A stretch of DNA of 64,000 nucleotides from Eukaryota sp. TZLM1-RC (taxonomy: Eukaryota > Protista > Metamonada: BaSk clade): contig JAUPSS010000004.1 in assembly GCA_040285825.1 (NCBI GenBank), forward strand, positions 1,654,550 to 1,718,549. The letters are read 5' to 3'. Shown here piece by piece: positions 35,959 to 47,592 of this stretch; position 1 is the stretch's first letter, and each line of letters begins with the position of its first letter. Made by a program: the position numbers and the translations under genes. A model generated the notes under the pieces. The model searched no databases. It saw only the letters and a program-made list of their open reading frames with translations, and had not been told where the DNA came from.

Positions 35959-37911
35959 ATGTCTAGACCACCAGATGGACTGTCGTTCCCTCCTCGTATT
36001 CGTCAACTCTTGAATGCGTATTTCAAAGCAGCTTCCCGTACTCGTCTCAATGTGGTTGAGTATCCTGACTTGACTCTCGTTTCGGTAGCAGGCAAAGGTT
36101 CTGCTGCAGAAAAATCTTCTCTCTACCGCCGCCTTCTCGAACTTCAGAAGAACCTCCGTTGTGGCGTATCTCCTTTTCCGTTAGGTTATGAAACTCTCTT
36201 CACTGCCCTTTCTAGACCAATTAACCAGGAAACAGGAAGTTCTATATTCGTGCTACCTGGTAATGTGCGAATCACTTCCCCATCCGAACCTTCATTTGAA
36301 CTTGCCCAGTCAGCTGTTGCGTTCCGTGCAGGACAGATTAATTGTCAGACAAGGGCCCATGTTTTGTGGATCCATGTTGGTAACAATAGCCCACGTAGGT
36401 TCAAATTTGAACCCCATCCTCATGTACCTGACGATCTGCGTCTTGTCTCTTTACCCACTACTAATAATGATGTAGCGACCACTACATTCGATCCTATTAT
36501 TGTCCACGGTGCTCATATTAATTCCCTAATAGTAATTGCTGATATTAACGATCCTGGCCACATGGAAAAAGTGTTGAACTCTTCTTTCAATCTAGCAGAC
36601 AGCTGGGATGAGAATGTCATTTCTCGCTCAGTCAACAAAGATTCAGCTATTCGCCAACCTAGAGTTACTGATGGTTCTTGCTCTCTTTCTTCAAGGGTTC
36701 AGCATTTAATGTTTTATGTCCGCAAAGATGAAGAAAAAGGTAACGTCAACTCCACTACCAAGTCATCTTTAATGAGACATGATATATCTGCTTCTGAATT
36801 GGTTCATTTGCTTCAAAAAAGAACTGTGGATTACACTATCAAACACCCTCATCCATCTGAGTTTAATGGTATGATAGGAGCAGGTAATGGAGGAAACAAT
36901 TCATCCAAAAGGATTTTTGGCTTGGGTTACATTGCGAATGTTTTACGAAAATCGACAGGAAACCAAGAAAACATAGATTCATCCGACAGAGTTTTTTCAA
37001 GAATTCAACATTGGTTCTCTATGGATCCTAAATCTGGGCACATTGAGGATTCTGCAGTTGTTCTACCTTGTCGTCCCAATGTTGCCATGGATTTAATTCT
37101 ACCTCATTCGTATGGAATTGGAAGTCTTCAAATAAGGTTTCATTTCAACACAAGGCTACCTTCAGTAGAGAGTCCTATTGGTTCTTTAAGCTCTTTTGTT
37201 TCAGAAGTTCATGATGAACTGTCTAATGCGATGAAGGAGAACAGCAAGTCTTGTTTTTTTAAACCCGAAGATTTGTGTGTGTCCCAACACTCTGAACCAT
37301 TAACTGATGTTACAACTGCAAAAGGGAAAGTTCCGTTACCACCACATGTTTTACTCGACACTTTCTCCTCCTTTGTAGAGAATAGGTGTGATGTCATATT
37401 TCCACCGCAGAATTGCCCTCATCCAAGATCAGCTTCTACCAGAATTCACAAAAGCATGGCGAATGCTTGGAAAGATGTTTCCTGTGATTGGTTGCTCGAA
37501 ACTAGGGACGTTTGCCTTAATGAAGATAATGGGCTGGTGTTGATGCATATTACCAATACCAATTCTGGTGACCAACGTCAAGAAAGTGCCTTGTTCACCC
37601 GACTTTGGGATAATTTTTGGCCGCTCTCATCAGTGGAAGCTGACAGACTTTCTAATTATGTCACTATTGGAAGTTCAGAGAACATTGGTCGCATAATGTC
37701 TTCTCCTGCCAAGCCTTTTGCCGGATCTCAAAGTGAAATTCTGTCTCCTAATGGTATACTTGATTTGCAAGAGTTCCTTCACGATACCATGAATGTTCTT
37801 TCACAACACTATCACCACAAAGAAAATGCTACTTTGAGAAAAAAGGTCCAAGATTCACGTTCTAAAGATTTTACGTCTTGCGAAGAACACAATTCATTGT
37901 TTTATTGGTGA
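35959..37911 (+). CDS. Hypothetical protein (650 aa)
   Basis: Long uninterrupted ORF with gene-like composition; no family recognised. Confidence 0.75.
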   Translation: MSRPPDGLSFPPRIRQLLNAYFKAASRTRLNVVEYPDLTLVSVAGKGSAAEKSSLYRRLLELQKNLRCGVSPFPLGYETLFTALSRPINQETGSSIFVLPGNVRITSPSEPSFELAQSAVAFRAGQINCQTRAHVLWIHVGNNSPRRFKFEPHPHVPDDLRLVSLPTTNNDVATTTFDPIIVHGAHINSLIVIADINDPGHMEKVLNSSFNLADSWDENVISRSVNKDSAIRQPRVTDGSCSLSSRVQHLMFYVRKDEEKGNVNSTTKSSLMRHDISASELVHLLQKRTVDYTIKHPHPSEFNGMIGAGNGGNNSSKRIFGLGYIANVLRKSTGNQENIDSSDRVFSRIQHWFSMDPKSGHIEDSAVVLPCRPNVAMDLILPHSYGIGSLQIRFHFNTRLPSVESPIGSLSSFVSEVHDELSNAMKENSKSCFFKPEDLCVSQHSEPLTDVTTAKGKVPLPPHVLLDTFSSFVENRCDVIFPPQNCPHPRSASTRIHKSMANAWKDVSCDWLLETRDVCLNEDNGLVLMHITNTNSGDQRQESALFTRLWDNFWPLSSVEADRLSNYVTIGSSENIGRIMSSPAKPFAGSQSEILSPNGILDLQEFLHDTMNVLSQHYHHKENATLRKKVQDSRSKDFTSCEEHNSLFYW

Positions 37912-38610
37912 ATTTGTATAATTATTGTTTTATTGTTTATTGTTTATCTATCTGTTTATTTGAAATAAATGTTTCTTAACATCAAATCTGGTTTAAGATC
38001 TTGAATATTTTGTATGGTATTCTGTTGATGACTTAAAAAATGACTTAATTCCATAAAAACTTTCACTGTAAGGGGTTAAAGTGCTTCATTTGATACATGG
38101 TCCAAAGAAAGAGATATCATTTTGTTGGAAATCCTAGAACAAAAGATGTCCTGTAACTACCAAATTTACTCATTCAAAACACATGAGTGAACAAGATCTA
38201 CAACAGCGCATAGACCAACAACTATCTCACCGAAAGCACGTTGAGGAGCCATGTATCCACTACCATGTGGAGGAAAAGGAGATGGGAAAAGGCAAGGAAA
38301 AGGAGAGGATCTACGTTGAGCCAGTCATGAGAGAAAGAATAGGTATGTGAACATTCGACTGACCAATCGCAGATCGTGAACCGTTTGTAAAGTACTTAGA
38401 AACATTCTAATCTTAGTGTTGAAAGAGTCTGCATAATAACAGAACCTGTAGATGCAGATGAAGCAAGATTGCAGAGAAAAGTTGTAGATGGAGAGAGGAA
38501 AGAACTACCCCGAGGAACTACCAAAAGAATAATGGATGAATTGAGACAGGTACGAAAGTCATAGAAAATCGTTGTTGCCAATTACGATAAAGAGATGTTT
38601 TTAATAAACA

Positions 38611-40200
38611 CTAGTTCGGCGTACGTTCGGCCGAACGTTCGGCACCTACTGATACGTTCGGTTAGTTCGGCATCTCGTTTTGATTCATTAATATCAATAC
38701 GCTGTTTATCTCCTCCTTCGTTATGCTATTACACTCACTATCAACCAACAAACTAAACTTTTATTCAGAAAGTTCTACAACATCTAAATCTAGGTCATTA
38801 ACCTGACCAAATACTCTCTTTAAGTGGTCTGCAAGACAAGGATCCTCGACTTCTGAGTCAGACTCACTTTCTAGAACCCAGTCTGCTTCCATTGGATCTG
38901 TCTCCCATTTCAAATAGCTTTCCTTCTTGTTCTCCAGTGTCTTTTTCAGCTTCATGTTTGAGAAAATAAACACAAGATCGTTCGCTAGTCTGTCACTGAG
39001 ACGGTTTCTTCTCTTGTTCTTGATAAATCCATATGCTGACCAATTTCTCTCAGCACTGCCAGTTGATACACTCTGTGAAAGTATTCTCAGTGCAATACTT
39101 CTCAGTTTACCATCTCGACTGCCATACACCAACCACCATTCTCTAGGCGACAATTCTGGAGCATGCTTCCATGCTTCTGGTTGAGAGTAATGGTTTTGCT
39201 TAGTATAAAACATCTGCCATTCTCGAAAAACTTCTAGGGAGTCGTTTTTATCACAAACACTACTCAGCGCTTTTCGGAAAGAGTTAATTTCTGCGTCAGT
39301 GCTTTCTTCAAATTTTGAAGCGTATTCTGGATCGAAATAGTAAGCAGCAAGATAAATTGGAGTTAATAGCTTCAAAAAAAATCGGTTATTTATACTACCA
39401 TTGACAGAGTATTTTTCAAAGTCGGTCATTCCTTCCCATGAGTTCAGATAGTAGTATTCTTGTAATTGTCGACATTTTACGTACATCTTTGAGAAATAAG
39501 GCTCATTGGAGTCTGTGAGTTTCAACAGACCAACTAATGGCTTCAAGTAGGTTATAAGTGAGGAAAGCAACTGCCAAAAGTCGTACTCAATACTTCCTAC
39601 AATGATTTTTACCTTCCTAAATGATGACATCAGAGGCTCGCCTACATCTCTAACAAGCCGTTCGATGGTAGGCGAGCTGATTAACGATTAGACACTGGGT
39701 TCTAAGTCTTGAAGACGACTGAGCATGAGAAATTGTGTGTAAAATCGTGTAGCAGCAGGTCGCATCAGTGTTTTACCAGCTACTTTTTCCAACTTGGTTT
39801 TGATAATGGTATGATTGCGGATAAAATCTACTACCATTTTGCAATCGCTAATGATTTTGTTGAAACTAGGCAGTTTGCACATGTCCTCAATAAGGAGATC
39901 CAAAGTATGAGAGGCACAAGGAGAAAATAGAATATGAGGATAATCGGCGATAAGGAGTGAGCAAGCGGAAAGGCAATTGGTGGCACTGTCTGACACAATA
40001 TGAGTAATTAAATTTGAGCCAACACAATCAACAACTTCTTTCAATTTTAAATAAAGTGTATAACCAGACTTTTTTTCATCAGATATGTTTATTGATTTTA
40101 CAAAGAAAGAGAAAGTGTTGCTTACCAAAAGAATATTTAATAGAGATGAACCATTGACATCCTTCCAACCATCAAAAACAAGTGTATTTAATTACAGCTT
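38611..40200 (-). mobile_element. hAT transposon, truncated; transposase with one in-frame stop (39688)
   Basis: FDGW, IVSDSATN, PCASHTLDL, PAATRF and the dimerisation domain WWLVYG..ILSQSVSTGSAERNWS..KRRNRL. Subterminal GTTCGG repeats. Confidence 0.9.
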
Positions 40201-40229
40201 TGAAGCATTTGTGATCTTATAGCACCATC

Positions 40230-40610
40230 AACAAGCAGAAATGGACATTATTGTAAAGTCGATGATAAAAACATTAATTTATATCATCATTCCTCTGAAA
40301 GTAAATTGCTAAGTTCCTTTAAAAAATACTAGAAACTTAGAGCAAATGTGTCGGAAATCCACATAAAATATTTCGTTTCAGTGTTTTCTACTCTGACATC
40401 CCACATATTGTCAAAAAATACGTTCCAATAATGAGGAATGTTTCAAAGATGAAGTCCACACCGGTGATTGGATTCAGTGTTATAAGTCAAATTAAATAGA
40501 ATTGAATCACAAACGCTTAAATCCTTCAATTGCTGGTCGATTTGCTATTGATACTTATAGTAGTTACACAAATTATTATCAACCACGCAAATTGAAAACA
40601 GTTAAAAACA
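40230..40610 (+). pseudogene. Second copy of the PolB exonuclease relic
   Basis: Collinear with 4062-4420 (caacaagcagaaatggacattattgtaaag...aaccacgcaaat). Confidence 0.65.
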
Positions 40611-40664
40611 CTTTAAGGACTATGAAGTTGTCTGACAGTTGAGATATCTGGTTGGCTTGTTGAT

Positions 40665-42335
40665 TGAATATGTTGATGGACAGCTGACCAGAGTTTTTGT
40701 TTTACGCTTCCCTGAAAACAGCCATTTCCTAATCCATTTGATCTCCAAAAACACATCACCAACAATTTTGAAAAACCCTTATTTATTGTTTGAAACAAAA
40801 GGTAATGACTACACCATATGTCTTCAAATATGGATAATGTCGTATAACTTTATCACACCACACGAACGCAACAAAAGTCAGATTGTCTGTAGAAGCCTTG
40901 GCTGATAAGAGATCCAGGAAACCTGATTACTATGAAACCATACGGATTAGAAAACATACCCTACAAGCTAAGGTTGAACGGCCAGGACCTCGAATGACAT
41001 GCAGAAATTGAACCATTATCTGCTTGAAATATCAACTAACGGTGACTATAAGGACTATGAAGGTAATAAAGAAAGACGATCATTGCTAAAGCAGCAATTA
41101 TATCTGAGTGCTCGAAATGCATTGAGGAGAAATACATTTGATTCCTTTATAAGAAAACAGAAAAGATTTAGCTCAATTGTCAACAAAGTGAAAAAATTTG
41201 CAGACGGTCGAGACCTAAAAGCAATGTTAGAATTCCGAACGTTCGCAACCCTTCCGAACATTCGGCCGAACTAGTTTTTGTTCATTTACACGTGTCAACA
41301 CAGTTTTGTATAAAAATGTTTTCCCAAATCCCTATTTCAACTACTACAATAAATTTCATTGTTTAAAAATCGGTATTCATACATAAATCCCCTTCTTTAC
41401 ATCAACTTTCTTCAATACCAAAGCACCCTGTTTACAAACTTCTAGACAACGTAAATTACGATAAAGTGTCCAACAATATTACTTCACAGTGCCGCTGCTG
41501 CAGTAAAATGCTAAAAGGTTCAGCCCGTCGCTTTTCCTCCCATTTCATTAAGGAGTATAGAGCTGGATACCAAGATCTGGATGTACTCAATTATCCACCA
41601 TTTCTGTCAAGGATATAAACACTGTCCTAGGTTAATGACCTAGATTTAGATGTTGTAGAACTTTCTGAATAAAAGTTTACTTTGTTGGTTGATAGTGAGT
41701 ATAATAGTATAAGGAAGGAGGAGATAAACAGCGTATTGATATTAATGAATCAAAACGAGATGCCGAACTAACCGAACGCATCAGTAGGTGCCGAACGTTC
41801 GGCCGAACGTACGCCGAACTAGTTCAGTAATTCTAACATTGCCTAAAAGTGTGGTTTGGCAATGGAGGTGGCACGTCAAAAAGTGAAAACACCGCGTAAG
41901 GTGTTTCTCAAGTTGTTACAATGTTCATTTGCTGATGTGAAGATCGGAAATGAATATATGACATCTGCAAAGGTGAACTGCTGCAAGATGCTACACCAAA
42001 AAATCTATCGAGAAGTTGATGGTGAAGTTAAAGTTCACAACGCCTACTTCAGTTGTCCGGGATGTAATCAAGTATGGTCTAGAGACATTTGCGTATCACT
42101 AAATCAGCTACAAATTGCAACTAGTTAGCACTACTATGAAACAAGACCAAAATCGTTTCAGAGTCCACAAAGAACTAGCTTCAAACTACGTATTGTTTTA
42201 CAGGAAAAATGGGCTCATTGATAATGGTGGCCAATTATTCAAGGATTCTAGAACGTCTGTGGACGATCTCACCAAGGATCAAAGTTCCTGGAATAAGTTT
42301 GGATGATGCCTTGAAGAAAGTAAGCATTTCAGATG
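40665..42335 (+). mobile_element. Fanzor1 family F2 internally deleted copy, interrupted by a hAT derivative, with intact right end
   Basis: Segments match 23440-23510, 22555-22800, 22135-22340 and 21636-22130 (inverted). The 3' non-coding region is conserved to 42335. Confidence 0.85.
41222..41841 (+). mobile_element. 620-bp non-autonomous hAT element (13-bp TIR CAATGTTAGAATT, 8-bp TSD CCTAAAAG)
   Basis: TSD at 41214-41221 and 41842-41849; perfect TIRs. Region 41628-41822 is the inverse of 38611-38805. Confidence 0.93.
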
Positions 42336-43097
42336 TGGTTACACAAGAGTTAGTGTTAAAAGGTTAAGAAAACTGTTCTAAGTTTCACTTCTCAAAAAAA
42401 TCAGTCCGTCCACATCTAGAACCAGTTTTTGTTTTGTTTTTGATGGTTGGAAAGTGGTTGAGGGTGGTTTTGAATCAATGGTGGAATTGTTTTAGGTATA
42501 GGATTATCAAGAAAAATTGATGAAGATTGTAAGGGTTTAGGGGACACAAATGGAGGTGGTGCCTTGCATTCCATGTGCAAGAACTCTGATCATAGGGGTA
42601 GTTGCTAAAAGGTGAAAATCCTCCACTCATTAGCAATCAATTTGAAATTGCCATCAGCATGTCAGACATCATGTCAGACAGCGAGATCATCTTGACTCTT
42701 CCCATTCTTCTAACATTATGCAACGAAACGAGAAAAAGGATGACGAGGATACTGACCCAACTCCCACCTCCTCCTTCAACCTGTTCTTCACAGAACAGCA
42801 CAGTATTTCCTCCCGAACTCCTCGGTCGGGAACAGTTCCTGCTTTACAGGATTAAACGGAAGGTCAGACCCTCGATTTCCTATCAGAATCGTCGTTCTGA
42901 TCCTGATTGTGGGGGTAGAGTATTGCACTTTTTTCAATCATCATGTGGGTCATGATAAGGGTGCTGTTGAATCAGCCATGGTGCTAATCACCTTAGATAT
43001 GGGATGTTTCTTTTGTTTATGTTTTGTTTTATATTGATGTTATATTGATGTTTTTGAGTTTGTTGATTTTTGTAATTTAGATACCTGCACTGCAGAT

Positions 43098-44916
43098 ATG
43101 GGATGCTGTGTCTTAAATTGTTCTTTTGACAATGTTCAGTTTGATGATTATGATTATAATTTATCTTTTCAATCCAGTAGCTGCCAACATCTTCTATCAA
43201 AAAACCCCTTTACTGTTGATTTAACAATGGATGGAAATGTTGAAATAAATTTCGGTCCCAAAAAGAAAAGCTGCAATTTTAAATCAACTCGTCCATCAAA
43301 ATTATTAGAAAAGCGATTTTTGAACAACAAACATCAAAGTGTCAGCTGGTCATCTTTACCAAAATCATGATGGCCAATTTTTCCCTCCTGACGAGATCAT
43401 TAACGAAAAAGGAAAAGACGGTGCAAATTTTTTGAAAAAGAAAACTGATGAGCAAATTGAAGAGTGGATTTCAGATCAAAGAGTGTTTGTTATTTCGATT
43501 GTTATTGGTAAGTTTGACCGCCGTAATTTCTTTTTGGAGAGTAAATATTCACTCATGTTGAGAATGAGTCCTCAAGTCAGCAGATTACCAGACACTGATA
43601 TGGATATTCAAACGGAAATTTTCTCTAAAAAAAGATCATCAAATATTCCTAAAACCAGGAATTACAATTGCCCAATATATTTTTAGTAGAGAGAGAAAAC
43701 CTTATCATGTTTGAAAATTGTTAAACAAACATTGAAGGATGATTGATCATCTACACAGGCGCTGAAAATGTCAATTACACTAGCCCAAATTACGAAATTC
43801 AAACCACCTGAACAATTTGACTTTTGGTCTAATATTCTCTATTTAAACCAACCAATGTTCAACCAAAAGATTTACCAATTCAACAACATTATCCACGCAG
43901 ATGGATTTACTATTGCAGTGGAATCTGTTCGTCGGGATTTACAAGGTCAGAAATGTAAGCCAGACAACAAGGCTAGTATTTCTGATTTATATATTGATGA
44001 CGTTGATGTTGATACTTTTCAAGACAAACGAATTGTTGTTTGTGATCCTGGAAAACGTGATTTATTGTATGTTGGGAGTAAAATAACGGATCAACAATTG
44101 GCCATGGTGCACGAAACTGAACAGCAAAGAAATATTCGGCTGATGAATCAAAACAAGAAGTACAAATGGCTGGGAATGACTCAGATGTTCTGGTCTTTGA
44201 AAAGTAGGATAAATGAAAAACAAAAACAATGGGCTAAAAAGTATACTGGGGTAGATTACGACATGAACCAAATGATAGAGTCTAACGAAATAACAATAGT
44301 AGATGCAAACACCAAATTGTCCGCATTTGCTGCCAATTCAACATCTTTTATAGATTTTTCCAACTTTGTGGTTGCCAAACTTCAACAAGTTTTTTTGACA
44401 ATTGACTTTTAAAATCTTGACTTGTGGAACATTCATAAAATGCAAGCTTTTATTCACCAGCAAAAGACTGAAAGTTGGTTATTAAAAAATCTTGTTCAGC
44501 AGTTTTGCAACCCAAAAGACACTTCAATTCTAATGGGTGATTATGTTAAAAAAGGTTCCAAGAAATTGAAACATCAGAGACTTACTCGAAGCATTGGATG
44601 GACTCAATTTCTGAAAAGAAATGGATTTGAAGTATTGATGATTAATGAAGCGTTCACTTCAGCAAAATGTCCTGCTTGTTTTGAAAAGGTTGCTACGTTT
44701 TTGAGAGTCGCAAAGCCCAGATTCTATAGAAGGGAAAAGACTGCTGTTACTACATTTCATGGTTTATTAGCTTGCACCAGTGAAAGTTGTAAACACAATA
44801 TCAAAGGCTCAACAAAGATTTTCAATAGAAATAATCTGGCTTGTCTGAATATGTTTGCAATTGCTGAAGCCAGAATGAGTGGTAATGAAAGGCCTCAGTA
44901 TCTGTGTAGTAGATAG
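43098..44916 (+). pseudogene. Fanzor1 family F1, near full-length with stops/frameshifts
   Basis: FNNIIHADGFTIAV, VVCDPGKRDLLY (RuvC-I), ILMGD, INEAFTSAKCPAC, HGLLAC..C and FNRNNLACLNM..RPQYL. In-frame stop at 44410-44412. Confidence 0.9.
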
Positions 44917-44975
44917 TTTTTGTAATTATTCCACACGAAAATAGATCATGTGCCAATGGGAATTTCTCTCATCAC

Positions 44976-45021
44976 TGTAAAAAGGACACTTATTTCATTG
45001 TTATAGACACTATCTGTAATG
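44976..45021 (+). promoter_or_regulatory. Shared ATG-proximal cassette, copy 4 (SAE1)
   Basis: TGTAAAAAGGACACTTATTTCATTGTTATAGACA is identical (34/34) to the NOL9 copy; 15 nt separate TATAG from the second ATG (45022). Confidence 0.75.
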
Positions 45022-45843
45022 ATGACAGATCATGTTTCATCAGAAGAGGTTCAACAATATGACCGGCAAATTAGAGTCTGGGGCTTTGAAACACAATCAA
45101 GACTCAAAAATGCCCGTATATGGGTAGTTTCTTTAAACAGTGTAGGGTCTGAAGTGGTCAAGAACCTAGCTTTAGCTGGAGTGGGTTCGATATTGCTCAT
45201 TGACAACAGATTAGTTTCAGATATTGCACCTCAATCTTTCCTTATCCGTCCGGATGCAGACCCTTCTCAAACCGTTGCACAGGCCTCGTTAGACAGTGCT
45301 TTGTCCATCAATGCACATTGCAACATTATAGTCAAAGAGGACCTGAATCCATGCTCTGATGATATTGTTATTCATTGTTCCACTATCTTGGAACCAATTG
45401 ATACCATTTGTCCCAGAGTTTGGTGCTTCTCGGCCAGCCACCTCTGCTTTTGTGGCTTTGATTTCGAAGGATCAGGGTTTGCCAGCATTCTTAGTCGATT
45501 GAAGGCCTCTGCATTTGTATTTTCTGGTCATTTGTCTTCAGTTTTGTGTACTTTTCTCTCTTTAATGTATTTTATCAATGTTGAAAGGAAATCACCTTCA
45601 TTTTCAGATCTCTGTGAATTTGTTAATTCCAAAGTGTCTAAATCTCAACAAAAATCTACAGACTCTGTCTGCAAGCAGGTATTCGATTGTTTTCAAAGCA
45701 ACGAATCCAATTACCCAGCTTCTATGGCCATTGCAGGACTTTGCTGCCAGGAAGTTATCCGGTTTATTGGGAAAACGGATGGAGTGGATGGTATAATATT
45801 ATTTGACCTTGAGGAAGGAAAAGCACCAATTGTTTCTCTTTAA
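45019..45843 (+). CDS. SAE1: SUMO-activating enzyme subunit 1 (Aos1)-like E1 half
   Basis: EEVQQYDRQIRVWG..Q.RL, EVVKNLALAGVGSI and IAGLCCQEVIR; 274 aa. Confidence 0.85.
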   Translation: MMTDHVSSEEVQQYDRQIRVWGFETQSRLKNARIWVVSLNSVGSEVVKNLALAGVGSILLIDNRLVSDIAPQSFLIRPDADPSQTVAQASLDSALSINAHCNIIVKEDLNPCSDDIVIHCSTILEPIDTICPRVWCFSASHLCFCGFDFEGSGFASILSRLKASAFVFSGHLSSVLCTFLSLMYFINVERKSPSFSDLCEFVNSKVSKSQQKSTDSVCKQVFDCFQSNESNYPASMAIAGLCCQEVIRFIGKTDGVDGIILFDLEEGKAPIVSL

Positions 45844-46295
45844 TCAAGTCTTAAAAATGATAAAGACTATGTCCATTTTTTTATTTTCATTATTGTTTAA
45901 TTTTTGTTTCGCTCACTTTATTCAATTGAGATAATAATTCAAATTTATGTAATTTTTTATTAAAAAATTATCATATTTGGAAGTTATCAAAGAACCCGAA
46001 CACCTGTTTTTCTTTAGATTTCTTGTTCCAATATCAATTGCAAATAATTTGTTCATACCACCAGCATTCCAAACCACGTGTTTGGGAATTACTGCAATGT
46101 AGAATTATTTAGTCTTTATGATAACAGCCTAATTCTGAAAAGTCAACATCATTAGTTAAATAAATTTAAATAATTTAGGAATTGTTGCTCGGTTACAAGT
46201 TTAATAAAGTTTAGTAGTTAATATCCATTAAAGAATAGTTTATTTACAAAAAACATTTACACAAGACACAAAAAAAGAACAAAAAATATTGGTTG

Positions 46296-47345
46296 TTAGA
46301 GACAACAAAAGTCCGGACTTCGCAGCCTGTAAGGTACATTGAGAGCGATTGAAAAGATCCCACTATCCGTACCTACCATAATATATGAATTCTTAACAAA
46401 TGCTGCACCTGATATAGAAATTTCATCTTCCTCATTGTTCAAGTTTACGATGCTATGATGGTAGTTGGAATCAATGATGTGCAGATTGTTGTTTTGCTCT
46501 GTAGTGAAGAGCATGTCTCCTGAAGAAGAAAAAGCCATGGATCGAAAAGGCAAATGCTCAGGATGAGATGTAAACTCAAACAAGCATTTAAAGTTCCTCC
46601 TGTCAAACAATTTTCCAACACCATCTTGAGAACAGCATCCAAAGGCCATGTTGCCAGGCTTCCATGCGGAAGAAAACCCTGCATCAGCAAATTCACGGTT
46701 GGAGAATATACTGTCCCACGACTCATGCGTGTTGGGGGTCAACAGACGAGCTGTACCATCATCAAAAACGCTCACTACACATCCATCAGATGATATTTCA
46801 GCATAATTGGGTGGACAAGAAAATGACATGTTGCGTGTTGTCTGGAGTGTTGCTACATTGACCAAAATGATATCATCATCATTAGTACTGACACACAGTG
46901 ACATTTGGTGAGAGTTATCAACATAGAGACGAACTGAATTGATGATAGAGTTGGCCAGTGACAACCTGTTCACTGATTGCATGTGTTCGTTATAGATCTG
47001 AACATTGCCCCTTTCGTTTCCTACAACTACAACTCCGTGGTGTACATCTAAGCAAGTGGGTCTTGATTCTGCTTCAAAGACTTCGTAATGGTTATCATGA
47101 TTTGTAAAACAGATTATCCGGGAAGAACGTCCGCTCACAGTGTATAAGTATGACGTTGTAGGATCAGTAGCTACAAGGTGCCTCAATTGCCAATGAACAG
47201 CTTCGACTGGCGATGGCGAAAAAGTGGATATTTTACGATATATAGTGTCAATAGTCATGTGAATGGAAGGCTTTTGCAAAATATTTAGTTTTCTTTTCAA
47301 GTATTTTTTGTTGTAAAACCGATCAATTACCTCAACTGCAAGCAT
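46296..47345 (-). CDS. WD40-repeat protein (DUF2415-like); start may be the Met at 47258
   Basis: HWQLRHLV, FSSAW..FGCCSQDG..LFD.R and FRSMAFS. Confidence 0.75.
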   Translation of the reverse strand: MLAVEVIDRFYNKKYLKRKLNILQKPSIHMTIDTIYRKISTFSPSPVEAVHWQLRHLVATDPTTSYLYTVSGRSSRIICFTNHDNHYEVFEAESRPTCLDVHHGVVVVGNERGNVQIYNEHMQSVNRLSLANSIINSVRLYVDNSHQMSLCVSTNDDDIILVNVATLQTTRNMSFSCPPNYAEISSDGCVVSVFDDGTARLLTPNTHESWDSIFSNREFADAGFSSAWKPGNMAFGCCSQDGVGKLFDRRNFKCLFEFTSHPEHLPFRSMAFSSSGDMLFTTEQNNNLHIIDSNYHHSIVNLNNEEDEISISGAAFVKNSYIMVGTDSGIFSIALNVPYRLRSPDFCCL

Positions 47346-47592
47346 ATTAACATTACTAATTTATTGACCTTTGGATTTCGTATTTACACTATTCAAAAAT
47401 GGGTGGAAATGGCTTTTGTTGTTCCTCTAAGTCCTAAATCCGCTAAAGAACCATATTGTAAAGTCTAAATTTTATGATAGAATCATTGTTCAAGCAAGAA
47501 TCAATTATTCAAGAAAAGATGGGAAGAAAAAAACAATTAATAATTTTATACTCACAAAAACTAAACACGAAACACCAAAAAAAACACAAAAT

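Noticed and set aside
38611-38670. GTTCGG/CCGAAC repeats as a CRISPR-like array or iterons
   Set aside because: They are hAT subterminal repeats, also present in the 620-bp derivative.
39688-39690. In-frame stops in TE ORFs as evidence of a non-standard genetic code
   Set aside because: Host genes are open and end in TAA, TAG and TGA; the TE stops fall at different residue types and accompany frameshifts.
44977-45006. Shared cassette read as an ordinary 30-nt GT-AG 5'UTR intron
   Set aside because: It lacks the -7 branch A found in all seven real introns, and the PSMA4 copy has no equivalent GT.
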